Assembly (NCBI GenBank): GCA_963796275.1
Contig: CAWCKY010000006.1
Span: 2,144,001-2,208,000, forward strand
DNA from: an uncultured Acidobacteriota bacterium
Lineage (GTDB): Bacteria; Acidobacteriota; Blastocatellia; RBC074
Direction: 5' to 3'
Length of the DNA stretch: 64,000 bases
A model generated the notes under the pieces. That model was not told the DNA's origin. It searched no databases and saw nothing but the letters and a program-made list of their open reading frames with translations. The translations under genes and the position numbers were made by a program. Positions within the stretch are counted from its first letter, which is position 1. The number at the start of each line of letters is the position of its first letter. This document shows positions 20,341 through 30,000 of the stretch, in pieces.

Positions 20341-21510
20341 ATGAAGAGAATCCATCATCTACTTGCCGTATCGCTATGCTGTGTATTGCTATGCTGCCTG
20401 AATATGGCAGCGTTCTCCGGTGCCGATCAGGAGAAGCGACCGCTCAGGCTAGCCGTAGCAGGCCTGAGCCACGGGCATGCCCCGTTAATCCTCGGCCGCA
20501 AGGATCGCGGCGACGTGCAACTCACCGGCATTTACGAAAAGAATCGCGAGGTCGCCGAGCGATACGCCAACCGCTATAAATTAGCGTCGTCGCTCTTTTT
20601 CACCGATCTGGAGAAGATGCTCGACGAGGTAAAACCGCAAGCCGTGGCCGCTTTCGGGACGACTTTCGATCATCTGGCCGTCGTGCAAGCCTGCGCGCCC
20701 CGCGGCATACACGTGATGGTGGAGAAGCCGCTGGCGGCGAGCTTGCAGCACGCACTCGAAATCGAGGCGCTGGCGAAGAAGCACCGCATCCACGTGATCA
20801 CCAATTACGAGACGACCTGGTATGCGAGCAATCAAGCTGTTTACGATTTTGCTCATAAGGAAAAGGCCCTCGGCCCGCTGCGCAAGATCGTCGTGCACGA
20901 CGGGCATCAGGGCCCGCAGGAGATCAAGGTCCCGCCGGAATTCCTTAAATGGCTGAATGATCCGGTATTGAACGGAGGCGGTGCGCTGATGGACTTCGGC
21001 TGTTACGGAGCCAATCTCGCCACCTGGCTGATGAAAGGAGAAGAACCCCTGACCGTCACGGCGGTGACGCAACAATTCAAGCCCGAGATATATCCGAAGG
21101 TCGATGACGAAGCCACGATCGTGCTGGCCTATTGCGATGCGCAGGCGATCATTCAGGCTTCCTGGAACTGGCCGGTCAACCGCAAGGATATGGAAGTGTA
21201 TGGGCGCGACGGCTACGCACATGCGCTGGACGCGCGCAACGTCAGACTGAGAAAACCGGGCGAACAGCAGGAGACCCCTCTCAAGCTGGCGGGGAAATCG
21301 GATCCCCTGGATGATCCCTTCGCTTACTTCGCAGCGGTGGTACGCGGCGATATCCAGATCGGTCAGAATGACTTGTCTTCATTCGCGAATAATATGACTG
21401 TCATGCGGATACTCGATGCGGCCAAGCGATCGGCGGCTACCGGTAAAACGGTGAAGCTGGCGACCGCCCGATGTGCTGGACAGAATGGGCGAGGGACGGC
21501 CAATCAATAG
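20341..21510 (+). CDS. Gfo/Idh/MocA family oxidoreductase with putative signal peptide
   Basis: LRLAVAGLSHGH, GIHVMVEKPLA, GGGALMDFGCYG, VDDEATIVL. Confidence 0.9.
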   Translation: MKRIHHLLAVSLCCVLLCCLNMAAFSGADQEKRPLRLAVAGLSHGHAPLILGRKDRGDVQLTGIYEKNREVAERYANRYKLASSLFFTDLEKMLDEVKPQAVAAFGTTFDHLAVVQACAPRGIHVMVEKPLAASLQHALEIEALAKKHRIHVITNYETTWYASNQAVYDFAHKEKALGPLRKIVVHDGHQGPQEIKVPPEFLKWLNDPVLNGGGALMDFGCYGANLATWLMKGEEPLTVTAVTQQFKPEIYPKVDDEATIVLAYCDAQAIIQASWNWPVNRKDMEVYGRDGYAHALDARNVRLRKPGEQQETPLKLAGKSDPLDDPFAYFAAVVRGDIQIGQNDLSSFANNMTVMRILDAAKRSAATGKTVKLATARCAGQNGRGTANQ

Positions 21511-21535
21511 TCGTCCACGCGATAACGACAAGAGG

Positions 21536-23836
21536 TTAAATCGGAAAGAGCAGATCGCAATTTGCGCCGGATCGGCCCGGCCCATTGGATGAATCATCGT
21601 TGGCGATGACGCCGACCTCTTTGGCGGCGGCTTTGAGCCGGGCAGCGTACTCCTGCCGATCATAGTGAGCCGTGCCATTGCGATTGGTTGTACTGACCCG
21701 GTCGGCTTTCTTCTTCGCCTTTGCATTCGTGATCACATATCCGATCTTTTCGCCGGGGTGTACCTTAACTCCATCGTCGATCAGTTCGCGGGCGGCGAGT
21801 GCGGCTCGCGTTTCGACTTCGTATTCTTTGATCTCGCGGCTCAAGACCTGCTCGATGATCAGCAGGCGAGGGTCGACCTGCCCGCTTTCCAGTTGGGCGA
21901 GGCGAGCCTCGTAGATTGGGCGCGCTTCCTGCCGGCGCTGATGAAGCTCTTCGATGTCGCGCGCCTGAGACATCACGGCGAGCATCTCTTCCTGCGCCTC
22001 TCTGATGAACTGCGGCGTATCGTGTCGCCGGCAAGCCAGGCCGCGAATTTTCATGCTGCCATCGGTGAATACCCCGTAAAATCTCGCCGCCACCGGACGT
22101 GTTGATTTGACCTTCGACGGGGCGAAGACCAGCCAGCGATAAACGCCTTCGATGCTCATCTCGATTCCGGTTGCGCCGGTGATCGTTTCGCAGAGCCTCG
22201 GCAATTCTTCTTCGGTCAGGCCTTCCTTCATTATCCAAAGGCTGTCGGTCAGCGCGTGCAGCATCTCGAAGCCGGCATCTTCGGCTATCTCTTTCGCTCG
22301 CAGCAGCGTCTCCCGCCCCCAGGCCGTCACGGCCTCGTGCGCTTCGATGCGCCCCATCCGCGCGTTTTTATAACCCATATACCCGAAGCAGGTGACCAGC
22401 ATCCATTTGATCGCCGCGCGCCGGGCGTCGTAAATCGCCCGCGTCCGCTCATCCACGCTCTTCATCAACTGTTTGTAAACCCGACGCCGCTCGACCAGCG
22501 GCTCGAGCGTGAGCGGGATCAATCCGCGGCGCTTCTCGCAAATGTTGTAGCCGGCTTCGGGCACGGCGCTGTTCCGGCAGCACGAACAGAGCACGGTTTC
22601 GGGCGAAATGTTGCGCGTGACCATCAATGATGGATACATCGAGGCGAAATCTATCTCGGCTATGTTTTCGTATTCGCCGATCCTCGGTTGAAACGTCAAC
22701 CCGCCTTTGTCCACGGTCAGCAGCTGCAAAGCGGTCTTCGCTTTCTCGGGCTCATTCTTGCGCCAGGGGACCAGGATGCCGTCGTTGATGGCGCGATCCA
22801 TTTGCAGCGACGTCATGGCGGTTCCCGGCGACCGGCGCGCCGTTCTCTGCACGGGCAGCCGCGAGAGCCTGGCCAGCTCCAGCAGCCCCTCCAACCCGGT
22901 TTCGCCGTGCGCGAATGAGCTCTCGCGATCGATGTGCCAGCGCCCGCGGAGCGGATAACTCGGCGGTTTGTAGACGATGTTGCCGTAGCTGAAATAGGTG
23001 CGGCCTTCCGTCTCGATCTTGCGCTCGGTGACGACGCGATCGCGATCGAGCAGCAATTGCAGCTTTTCGCTTTGGGCGACCTGCAGCAATGCGGGAAGCA
23101 GCACCGAGTCGCCGCGCTCGCTCAGGATCAGGTCGGGGTCGTATCGCTCGATCATCCCGTTGAAGGCGGCGATCGCTTGCGCGCCGAGGGCAGGGTGGAG
23201 AACCGTCTCATCGCTCTCCGTCGCAATGAGGATGCGGCTCGCCCTGGTCAACGGGCGCATCCGCTCGCCGCGCATTCGCATCACGCGCAGCGGCGGCAGC
23301 GGGTGATCGATCTTCCACGCCGAGTCGGTTGCGGCGATTTCGATTACGGCGCCGCGCTCGTCGACGCGGGCTTCGAGGCGGCAGAGGGGAAAAAGTTTGG
23401 TCAGATAGAGGTAATGTTGCGGCGTCGGAATATCGAGGTTGTAGAAGCTGATCTCGCGATCCAGATTCGCCGCGATGTCGCGCAGCTTCGACAGGTGCGA
23501 CGAATCGGAGATGTTGAGCTGAATCACCTCGATCTCTTCGCCGCTCCAGAACTCGCGCTTGCGGGCCCAGCACAGTCCGGCGATCAGGTCGCGTTTGCAC
23601 ATATCCGCCGCGAGCTGTTTCAGTCTTCCTCGGTCGCCGTAAGCGTAAACCGGCGGATAGAATTCATCGGTCAACCGGTGCAACCGCCCATCGTCGTCAT
23701 AAACCCACAGAGTCACCCAGGGGCCGAGCTCGTCGATATCGAAGAGCCATCCCTCGATTCGATTGCCGGCGGTGGGCGATCCTTTGAGAAGCTTATTGGG
23801 TACGGGAAAGGGATGATGCGGCTCACTTCTTCGCAT
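21536..23836 (-). CDS. Family B DNA polymerase, archaeal PolB2/Dpo2-like (degenerate exonuclease)
   Basis: Motif A EIDFASMYPS..NISPET, motif B AIKWMLVTCFGYMGYKNARMG, motif C HALTDSLW (first Asp of YGDTDS lost), and KIRGL..RRHDTP.F. No recognisable Exo I-III acidic motifs. Start uncertain (23836 ATG or 23848). Confidence 0.9.
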   Translation of the reverse strand: MRRSEPHHPFPVPNKLLKGSPTAGNRIEGWLFDIDELGPWVTLWVYDDDGRLHRLTDEFYPPVYAYGDRGRLKQLAADMCKRDLIAGLCWARKREFWSGEEIEVIQLNISDSSHLSKLRDIAANLDREISFYNLDIPTPQHYLYLTKLFPLCRLEARVDERGAVIEIAATDSAWKIDHPLPPLRVMRMRGERMRPLTRASRILIATESDETVLHPALGAQAIAAFNGMIERYDPDLILSERGDSVLLPALLQVAQSEKLQLLLDRDRVVTERKIETEGRTYFSYGNIVYKPPSYPLRGRWHIDRESSFAHGETGLEGLLELARLSRLPVQRTARRSPGTAMTSLQMDRAINDGILVPWRKNEPEKAKTALQLLTVDKGGLTFQPRIGEYENIAEIDFASMYPSLMVTRNISPETVLCSCCRNSAVPEAGYNICEKRRGLIPLTLEPLVERRRVYKQLMKSVDERTRAIYDARRAAIKWMLVTCFGYMGYKNARMGRIEAHEAVTAWGRETLLRAKEIAEDAGFEMLHALTDSLWIMKEGLTEEELPRLCETITGATGIEMSIEGVYRWLVFAPSKVKSTRPVAARFYGVFTDGSMKIRGLACRRHDTPQFIREAQEEMLAVMSQARDIEELHQRRQEARPIYEARLAQLESGQVDPRLLIIEQVLSREIKEYEVETRAALAARELIDDGVKVHPGEKIGYVITNAKAKKKADRVSTTNRNGTAHYDRQEYAARLKAAAKEVGVIANDDSSNGPGRSGANCDLLFPI

Positions 23837-24098
23837 TCCGCAACTCACTTTCCAATTCGTCCACGCGGGTTCGCAAATGCTTCTCTTCTCTGAGCATTTC
23901 GATCAGCATGGAGATGAAGACCGATTCCATCGGTTCGGGATTGGCCGCCTGCACGGCCGCCTGCACGTGCAGGCGCGCGCGTTCAAACAGCTCATCGAAA
24001 AGCTCCTGATCCCGCTTGCGCAGCGAGCGCCTGAACTGTCCCAAACGTTTTTGCTGTTCGGCCAACACCATACTGAATGGCAGGACCGTTCTTCCCAT
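23823..24098 (-). CDS. Small alpha-helical PolB2-associated protein (arCOG07300/PPB2-like)
   Basis: MGRTVLPF...FRRSLRKRDQELFDELF..AR.H..A......PMESVFISMLIE plus a coiled-coil tail. GGGAGG RBS. Overlaps the polB start. Confidence 0.78.
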   Translation of the reverse strand: MGRTVLPFSMVLAEQQKRLGQFRRSLRKRDQELFDELFERARLHVQAAVQAANPEPMESVFISMLIEMLREEKHLRTRVDELESELRNAKK

Positions 24099-24138
24099 TA
24101 GCCACCTCCCGATCTCGAGATGTAAGGACAACTCGGGT

Positions 24139-24185
24139 TACGGGGCATATATACGGGGCATAAATTGCTAAAGAGTCGCTGTCAA
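24139..24185 (-). promoter_or_regulatory. Possible internal promoter/operator: TTGACA plus 11-bp direct repeat
   Basis: TACGGGGCATA occurs at 24139-24149 and 24152-24162. A perfect TTGACA lies on the minus strand at 24185-24180. The -10 element is poor. Confidence 0.35.
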
Positions 24186-24216
24186 CGGTTGGGGCTATGA
24201 CGAACGACGCTCTTCA

Positions 24217-24816
24217 CTATGCGATCAACGAACGACCGCTACTATTTTCGAGCGTAAATGTGCGCTCTCCCTCCAGCCGGATCACCACGTTCGAGGCGCG
24301 GATGAGATCGGTCAGAAAGTGAGCGCGTTGAGGCTGGTCCGGCGTCTCGCTCTGCGCGAGCAGCAATGCCAGCCCTTCCCGCGATAACTCGCGCAAACGC
24401 CACAGCGAACGGTAAAACATGCGAGCCGCGTCGGTATGCGTGACATCTTCGTCGAGGAAGGTCGTGCAGATGCCGGAGACGATGACGACGGAGTAGGTGT
24501 CCTCCAGGGTGTCGGGGAGTTCGAGGCGATGAATCAGTTCATCGAGCTGGTAGGCCGTAAACGCGCGGGTGACCAGGATGCGTCCCAGAACCTCTTCCGG
24601 GTTTTTCTGTTGTGATCTGGCGCACCTGGCGACGATGTAGGGGTCGAACCGGTTGTCGCCGCAAAGGTAGAGAGACGGTTTGTGTTCGCAAGCCAGCTGC
24701 GCGGCCAGGTGTACGCCCAACGCCGAGGCATGGCCGCCGTACACGGTGACCATGCGCGATGGAAGAATCGAAGCGCGCACCGCACGCGGCGCAGAGCTGA
24801 TCGGTAGAGTTCGCAT
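24217..24816 (-). CDS. Inactivated RecA/RadA-fold protein (iRadA, ImuA-analogous)
   Basis: Degenerate P-loop VTVYGGHASALG (no GKT), YLCGDNRFDPY, ILVTRAFTAYQL, Walker-B-like VVIVSGI..FLDEDV. GGAGG RBS. Confidence 0.72.
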   Translation of the reverse strand: MRTLPISSAPRAVRASILPSRMVTVYGGHASALGVHLAAQLACEHKPSLYLCGDNRFDPYIVARCARSQQKNPEEVLGRILVTRAFTAYQLDELIHRLELPDTLEDTYSVVIVSGICTTFLDEDVTHTDAARMFYRSLWRLRELSREGLALLLAQSETPDQPQRAHFLTDLIRASNVVIRLEGERTFTLENSSGRSLIA

Positions 24817-25305
24817 GACAAAACCTCCAACGTAATCGAACTACTCGTGCCTGCGAACCACTTGAACTTCATACCCCGCACGCGACGTCTTAGGAATCGC
24901 CCGTGATTTTTTGCTTGGAAAGTCTGTTTGCCTGATGAGGTGGAAACCGCAAACCGACGGTCAGGGGACATTATCGAAGTTCGCCGAAAATTACAAGCTG
25001 AGAGAGGGCGGCCCGCCCTGTTCTTCACGGTTCGGTAAGGATGAAAAGCCGCAATGAACCGCTCTAAACCTCCGGCTTCAATGACAATTGCATGGAACGC
25101 GCCGATGGCTATATCGAGAATGTAATTTTAAAGGTAATTTTAAAATGAAGGTTGTGTAAAAAGAAAGACAAATAGCATAAACAGCCCGGAGTTCAGAGCG
25201 GGGGACGCGCAATGTCCGGCTTTTGATTCGCCGGTATCGTTTGCAGCCTGCTTTGGTAGTCTATTCCGCCATAGGCGCGGGCCCGATTGCGGGAATCAGC
25301 AGCGT

Positions 25306-25818
25306 TCAGTTTGACCCGGTTTTGTTACTCGGGTCATCGGCCGGATTCACCCAGATGGTCTTGAATGGACCGATGCCGTGAAGTTGGATTATGGTCTCCC
25401 CTTCGGCCCACACGAAGTGTCGCATCTCTCTCGGCATCATCAAGTATGAGCCGGCAGGCAGAGATGTGGCCCCCGCGCGATCGAACTTCTCTCCCATTCC
25501 GGCGTGGAGAGTTCCCGTCATTACGGTGAGGTGCTCGTCTATCGGATGCCAGTGCGGTGGCACTTGCAGGCCATCCCTGAGTTTCAGCCGGATGACGAAT
25601 GGCGCGCCCTCTTTTGCAGGATCTCCCGATAAGACTGCAATCTCCAGCCCCGGCGAGCGCGGCTTCCATTCAACCTTATCCGGTGTGACCTTTTTGCCGT
25701 GCGCTTGAGCTTTATCGGCAGGCGATGCCGAGGTCTGTTGTCTCTGAGCTATGGTAGATGGCGAATAGACCAATTGACTGAGAACAAATAGAAACATGAA
25801 CGCTAGATACTTTTTCAT
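25306..25818 (-). CDS. Secreted cupin domain protein (DUF4437-like)
   Basis: Signal peptide, AVLSGDP...PFVIRLK, VPPHWHPIDEHLTV, MRHF, IQLHGIGPF. Confidence 0.85.
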   Translation of the reverse strand: MKKYLAFMFLFVLSQLVYSPSTIAQRQQTSASPADKAQAHGKKVTPDKVEWKPRSPGLEIAVLSGDPAKEGAPFVIRLKLRDGLQVPPHWHPIDEHLTVMTGTLHAGMGEKFDRAGATSLPAGSYLMMPREMRHFVWAEGETIIQLHGIGPFKTIWVNPADDPSNKTGSN

Positions 25819-26776
25819 ATCTTAATCCTTTAGCTATATTCTATTAGATATATTCTATGCGTCGCGACTTCGGCCGAATGCTACCGAATGCTTAGAGAAT
25901 TCCGGCCTCTTCATTTCCTCTTATTTATTGCTCAGGTACCCTATCCCATAATTGGCTCAGGGGTAAGAGCCAATAGGCTGATTTTGTATAAGACCACTTT
26001 ATAGAAAAGTATGATGAATTAGATGAGGGAATTCCGGCTGACTCATGCAGACGCGCGTCTATTCTGGCGCTCAAGCCTGATGACACCTAGTTCTGTCGAA
26101 CTACGAACCGATACGCGAACACAATCCCCCGGGGCTCGATCAGGCGAATGTGGAGCCAGGTCAATTCAGTGGGAGAGTTTGCGAGACTACGTCTATAAGC
26201 TCATCCACGAATTTCGGCCCTTTCGCCTCTATCAAGTCAAGTGTCCACAGAACCGCAGCAGCAATCCGCGGCCACTCACTCTCGATGAAAAAACTAATTA
26301 GCGGCAGATGAGCAAATGATGGAGTGGATAGTGCAATCTGGGTGGATAAGTATTTATGAAATTAGTTGGCGGTAATTGCATTGTTACTCGGTTACTCGAC
26401 ATATCGCGCATGATCGAGACAATTACATTGTGTTATTAACGAGTATTGATAATACAGCCATTTTTCCATTTTATTGATGTTAGTTACCTGGTGTCTAACT
26501 GTTACATTTAACGGTAAGTTGATTGATCAATGAAGTTCATAAGGATAGGCTTTCCCCACGCTATCAAAGCAATAGCTTTTCTCAATATAGCCTTATAATT
26601 AAAACTTTCTGGGATTCTAGAACAGCCGAAATTGGTTACTAGGCTCATTCCTGCATGAGATCACTAAATTCCAATTATTGGGGGATGAGGCATTCAAGTG
26701 GCTAAAACTAACTAGAGACAAAGTGCAAATTACAGCAAATTTCAGATGAGTGAGCATATCTTGGGTAGCGGAGGCT

Positions 26777-26828
26777 TTGGAGTGCGGTTGCTTACCAAAG
26801 CGGTTGCAAGCAAGCAACCGCACTCCAA
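26777..26828. repeat. REP-like inverted repeat (GGAGTGCGG family)
   Basis: TTGGAGTGCGGTTGCTT / AAGCAACCGCACTCCAA form a perfect 17-bp inverted pair. A relative lies at 52931-53000. Confidence 0.75.
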
Positions 26829-27072
26829 GGTGCTCTGCAATCCTCAACCCCGCATACTCATCTGAAATCCGCAGTAAAAGAGTATTTTAAAGGAAATGTT
26901 AGTTTAATTCGGCGTTGGCTTTGTTTAATTCTACTTGCTGGTAAAATCGAAATACTTGGGTTATTCGAGTAATAGGTTACAGCGTGGCTGTTTCATAATC
27001 GGAAGCAGAATCCCGCAATCCATCGACTTCACGCCTACCTTGGTAGTGCGCATTAATAAAGAATGAGGAAAT

Positions 27073-30000
27073 ATGAGTTCACATCCTTTTCCGAAGGGGA
27101 ATGTTATTGTTTTGGTGCTCTGCCTGCTGGCGGTGACGCTGAATTTGAGCGCGCAGTCAACGAGCGGTTCAATGAGCGGTACAATTTTGGATAACAGTGG
27201 TGCGGCGATCGCGAATGCGAGGGTCGTCGTGACTGATCAGAGCAAAAAAGTTTCATTTTCCGCCGTCACTGATGGCGAAGGTCGATTCGCGTTCACGCTA
27301 TTACAGCCTGGGCGGTACAACGTTACGGTGGAAAGCGCCGGTTTCCGAAAACTTGAATTGAAAGACGTCGTGCTCAATGCGAACGACAAGCTTTCGGTGG
27401 GCGAGTTGAAAATGGATATCGGAACCCTCGAACAAGTGATAGAGGTGGTATCCGAGGGCCAGCTGCTTAAAACGGAGAGCGGTGAACGTTCGGACGCGCT
27501 CGTCGGCGAGCAACTGCAAAACGTCGCGGTCAACAGCCGGACCTATCTGGCGCTGGCTGCGGTGACGCCGGGCGTCGTCGTCACCGGGAACAATTTTCAG
27601 ACCGCGGGCCACGCCGGGCTCGGCGATATTTCAGCTAACGGCGCGCGCCCCAATCAGAACCAGCTGACGCTCAATGGCGTCGGGAACGTCGATACGGGAA
27701 ATAATGGCGATCAATTGGCGACCATCAGCCTGGATTCCGTGCAGGAATATAAGATTCTCACGAGCAACTACCAGGCCGAGTATGGACGTTCGGCGGGCGC
27801 GCAGATCAACGTCGTGACCAAGAGCGGCACCAGAGAGTTTCATGGCAGCGGCTACCTCTTCCACCGTCACGAAGGGCTCAATGCCAACAATTGGAAGAAC
27901 AACCGTGATAGTCTGGGTCGCAACCTCTACCGGTTCAATAATACCGGGTATACGATTGGCGGGCCGATCAAACTTCCGAAGAAGGTCTTCGGGCCGCTCG
28001 CCAGGTTGGGAGAGGACAAGCTTTTCTTTTTCTGGAGCCAGGAATACCAGCGCCAGTTGCAGCCGCAAGGCAGACGTGACGTAACCGTTCCGACGGCGCT
28101 CGAGCGCATGGGCGATTTTTCGAATAGCGTCGACCTGAATGGTAACAAGGTCTTTATCAAGGACCCGCTGCTGCCGGGCCTCTGTAATGCTACCGATCAG
28201 ACCGCTTGTTTCAGTGATGGAGGCGTGCCCAACAAAATTCCGCAGAGCCGTCTCTATACTCCGGGCCTCGCTATTCTCAACATGTTCCCAATGCCGAACA
28301 ATCTGAGTTCGAGTACCCAGGGCTTCAACTTCACCACTCAGATTCCGAACTCCTATCCGAGGCGCGAAGACCTGCTGCGCATCGATGCCAATTTGAGCGA
28401 CAGGTGGAAGGTCTTTGGCCACATTTTGAATAATTTCGATTCCGTGACGAGTGATTACGGTTCGTTCGTTCTCGGATCGAACACGCCGTTCGGCACCCCG
28501 ATCACCGACATCCGGCCCGGCCGCAGCTATGCGGTAGGTGTGACCACGATCATCAATCCGACGATGACCAACGAATTCACGTGGGGGTACGGCCACAACC
28601 AGATCAACATCGACCCGGTCAATGACGGCCTGACCAGGAGCGCAAACGGACTGAGCGGCCTTCCGGTCCTATTTCCGGGCGCCATCCAGAATGATTTCAT
28701 CCCGCAATTCCAATTCAACGGCACACGGATCAACAATGAGCCGAACTTCGGGACCAACAACGCTCCTTTCTTCAACTACAACACGACCATCGACTTCGTC
28801 GACAACGTCAGCAAGGTCTGGAAACAGCACGTTTTCAAGGCCGGCTTCTACATCCAGCGCAGCCGCAAGGACCAGACCTCTTTTGCGAATGCCAATGGAC
28901 AGATCAATTTCGGCGACAATACCGGCAACCGATTCGATACCGGGTATGGTTTCGCCAATGCCGCGGTTGGAGTCTTCTCTTCCTTTAATCAGGCATCGCA
29001 GTACGCCACCGGCAGGTATCGTTATACCAACCTCGAGTTCTACCTGCAGGACACCTGGAAGGCAACGCGCAGGGTGACGCTCGATTACGGTATGCGCCTC
29101 TACTGGATTCAACCGCAGTTCGATTCAGCTCTCCAGACCGCGACATTTTTACCGGAGCAGTATGATCCGAGCAGAGCCGTCCGCCTCTATCGCCCCGCGT
29201 TCAATGGGGCTGCCATCGATCCCGTTACCGGGGAGATGCGCTTGGCATCCGACATCGGCAAGATCGTGCCCAACTCGGGGGACCTCTTCAATGGCATCGC
29301 GCAGGCGGGCACGGATGTGAGCAAGTACCTGATGGAGAACCGGGGTATCCAATATGGGCCTCGTTTCGGCATCGCATTCGACGTCACCGGCAAACAGAAC
29401 ATCGTGGTGCGAGCCGGAGCGGGAATCTACTACGACCGGTTCCAGGGGAATGAAACATTCGATATGTTGACTAACCCGCCCACTACGTTGGCTCCGACAC
29501 TGGTCAATGATTTCATCACGAACATCAACCCGATCGCAGACGTCAATTCGGGCAGTGTGCTCTTCGCTCCGTTCGGATTACATGCTTTCAGTTTCGAGGG
29601 GAAACTGCCGACCGTCTACAACTACAGCTTCAGCGTGCAAACCAAGTTGCCGTACGAGATGCTGCTGGATGTGGCCTATGTCGGTTCGCTCTCGCGCCAT
29701 CTGCTCCAGCGCTTGAATATCAATGCCATTCCTTACGGAGCGACTTTCTTGGCGCAGAATCAGGATCCGACGAAGGGCGGTGGTACACTCGGCTCGAGCG
29801 CTTTCGACGTCAACTTCCTCCGCCCATATCAGGGCTACGGAGATATCACGCTTCATCAGATGGGCGGCACATCAAACTACAATTCGCTTCAGGTGGGACT
29901 CAACCGCCGTTTCGCCAGGGGATTGTTCTTCGGGACGGCTTACACGTGGAGCAAAGCGCTGACCACGGTGAGCGGCGACGGCGATTTCATCCGGATCGAT

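Noticed and set aside
21536-23848. Prophage, casposon or pipolin polymerase; E. coli-type Pol II
   Set aside because: No integrase, Cas1, capsid genes or terminal repeats are nearby. Motifs B and C are of the PolB2 type rather than canonical.
25020-25033. Canonical acidobacterial LexA box
   Set aside because: The spacing is GTTC-N6-GTTC rather than N7, so it is kept only as a weak finding.
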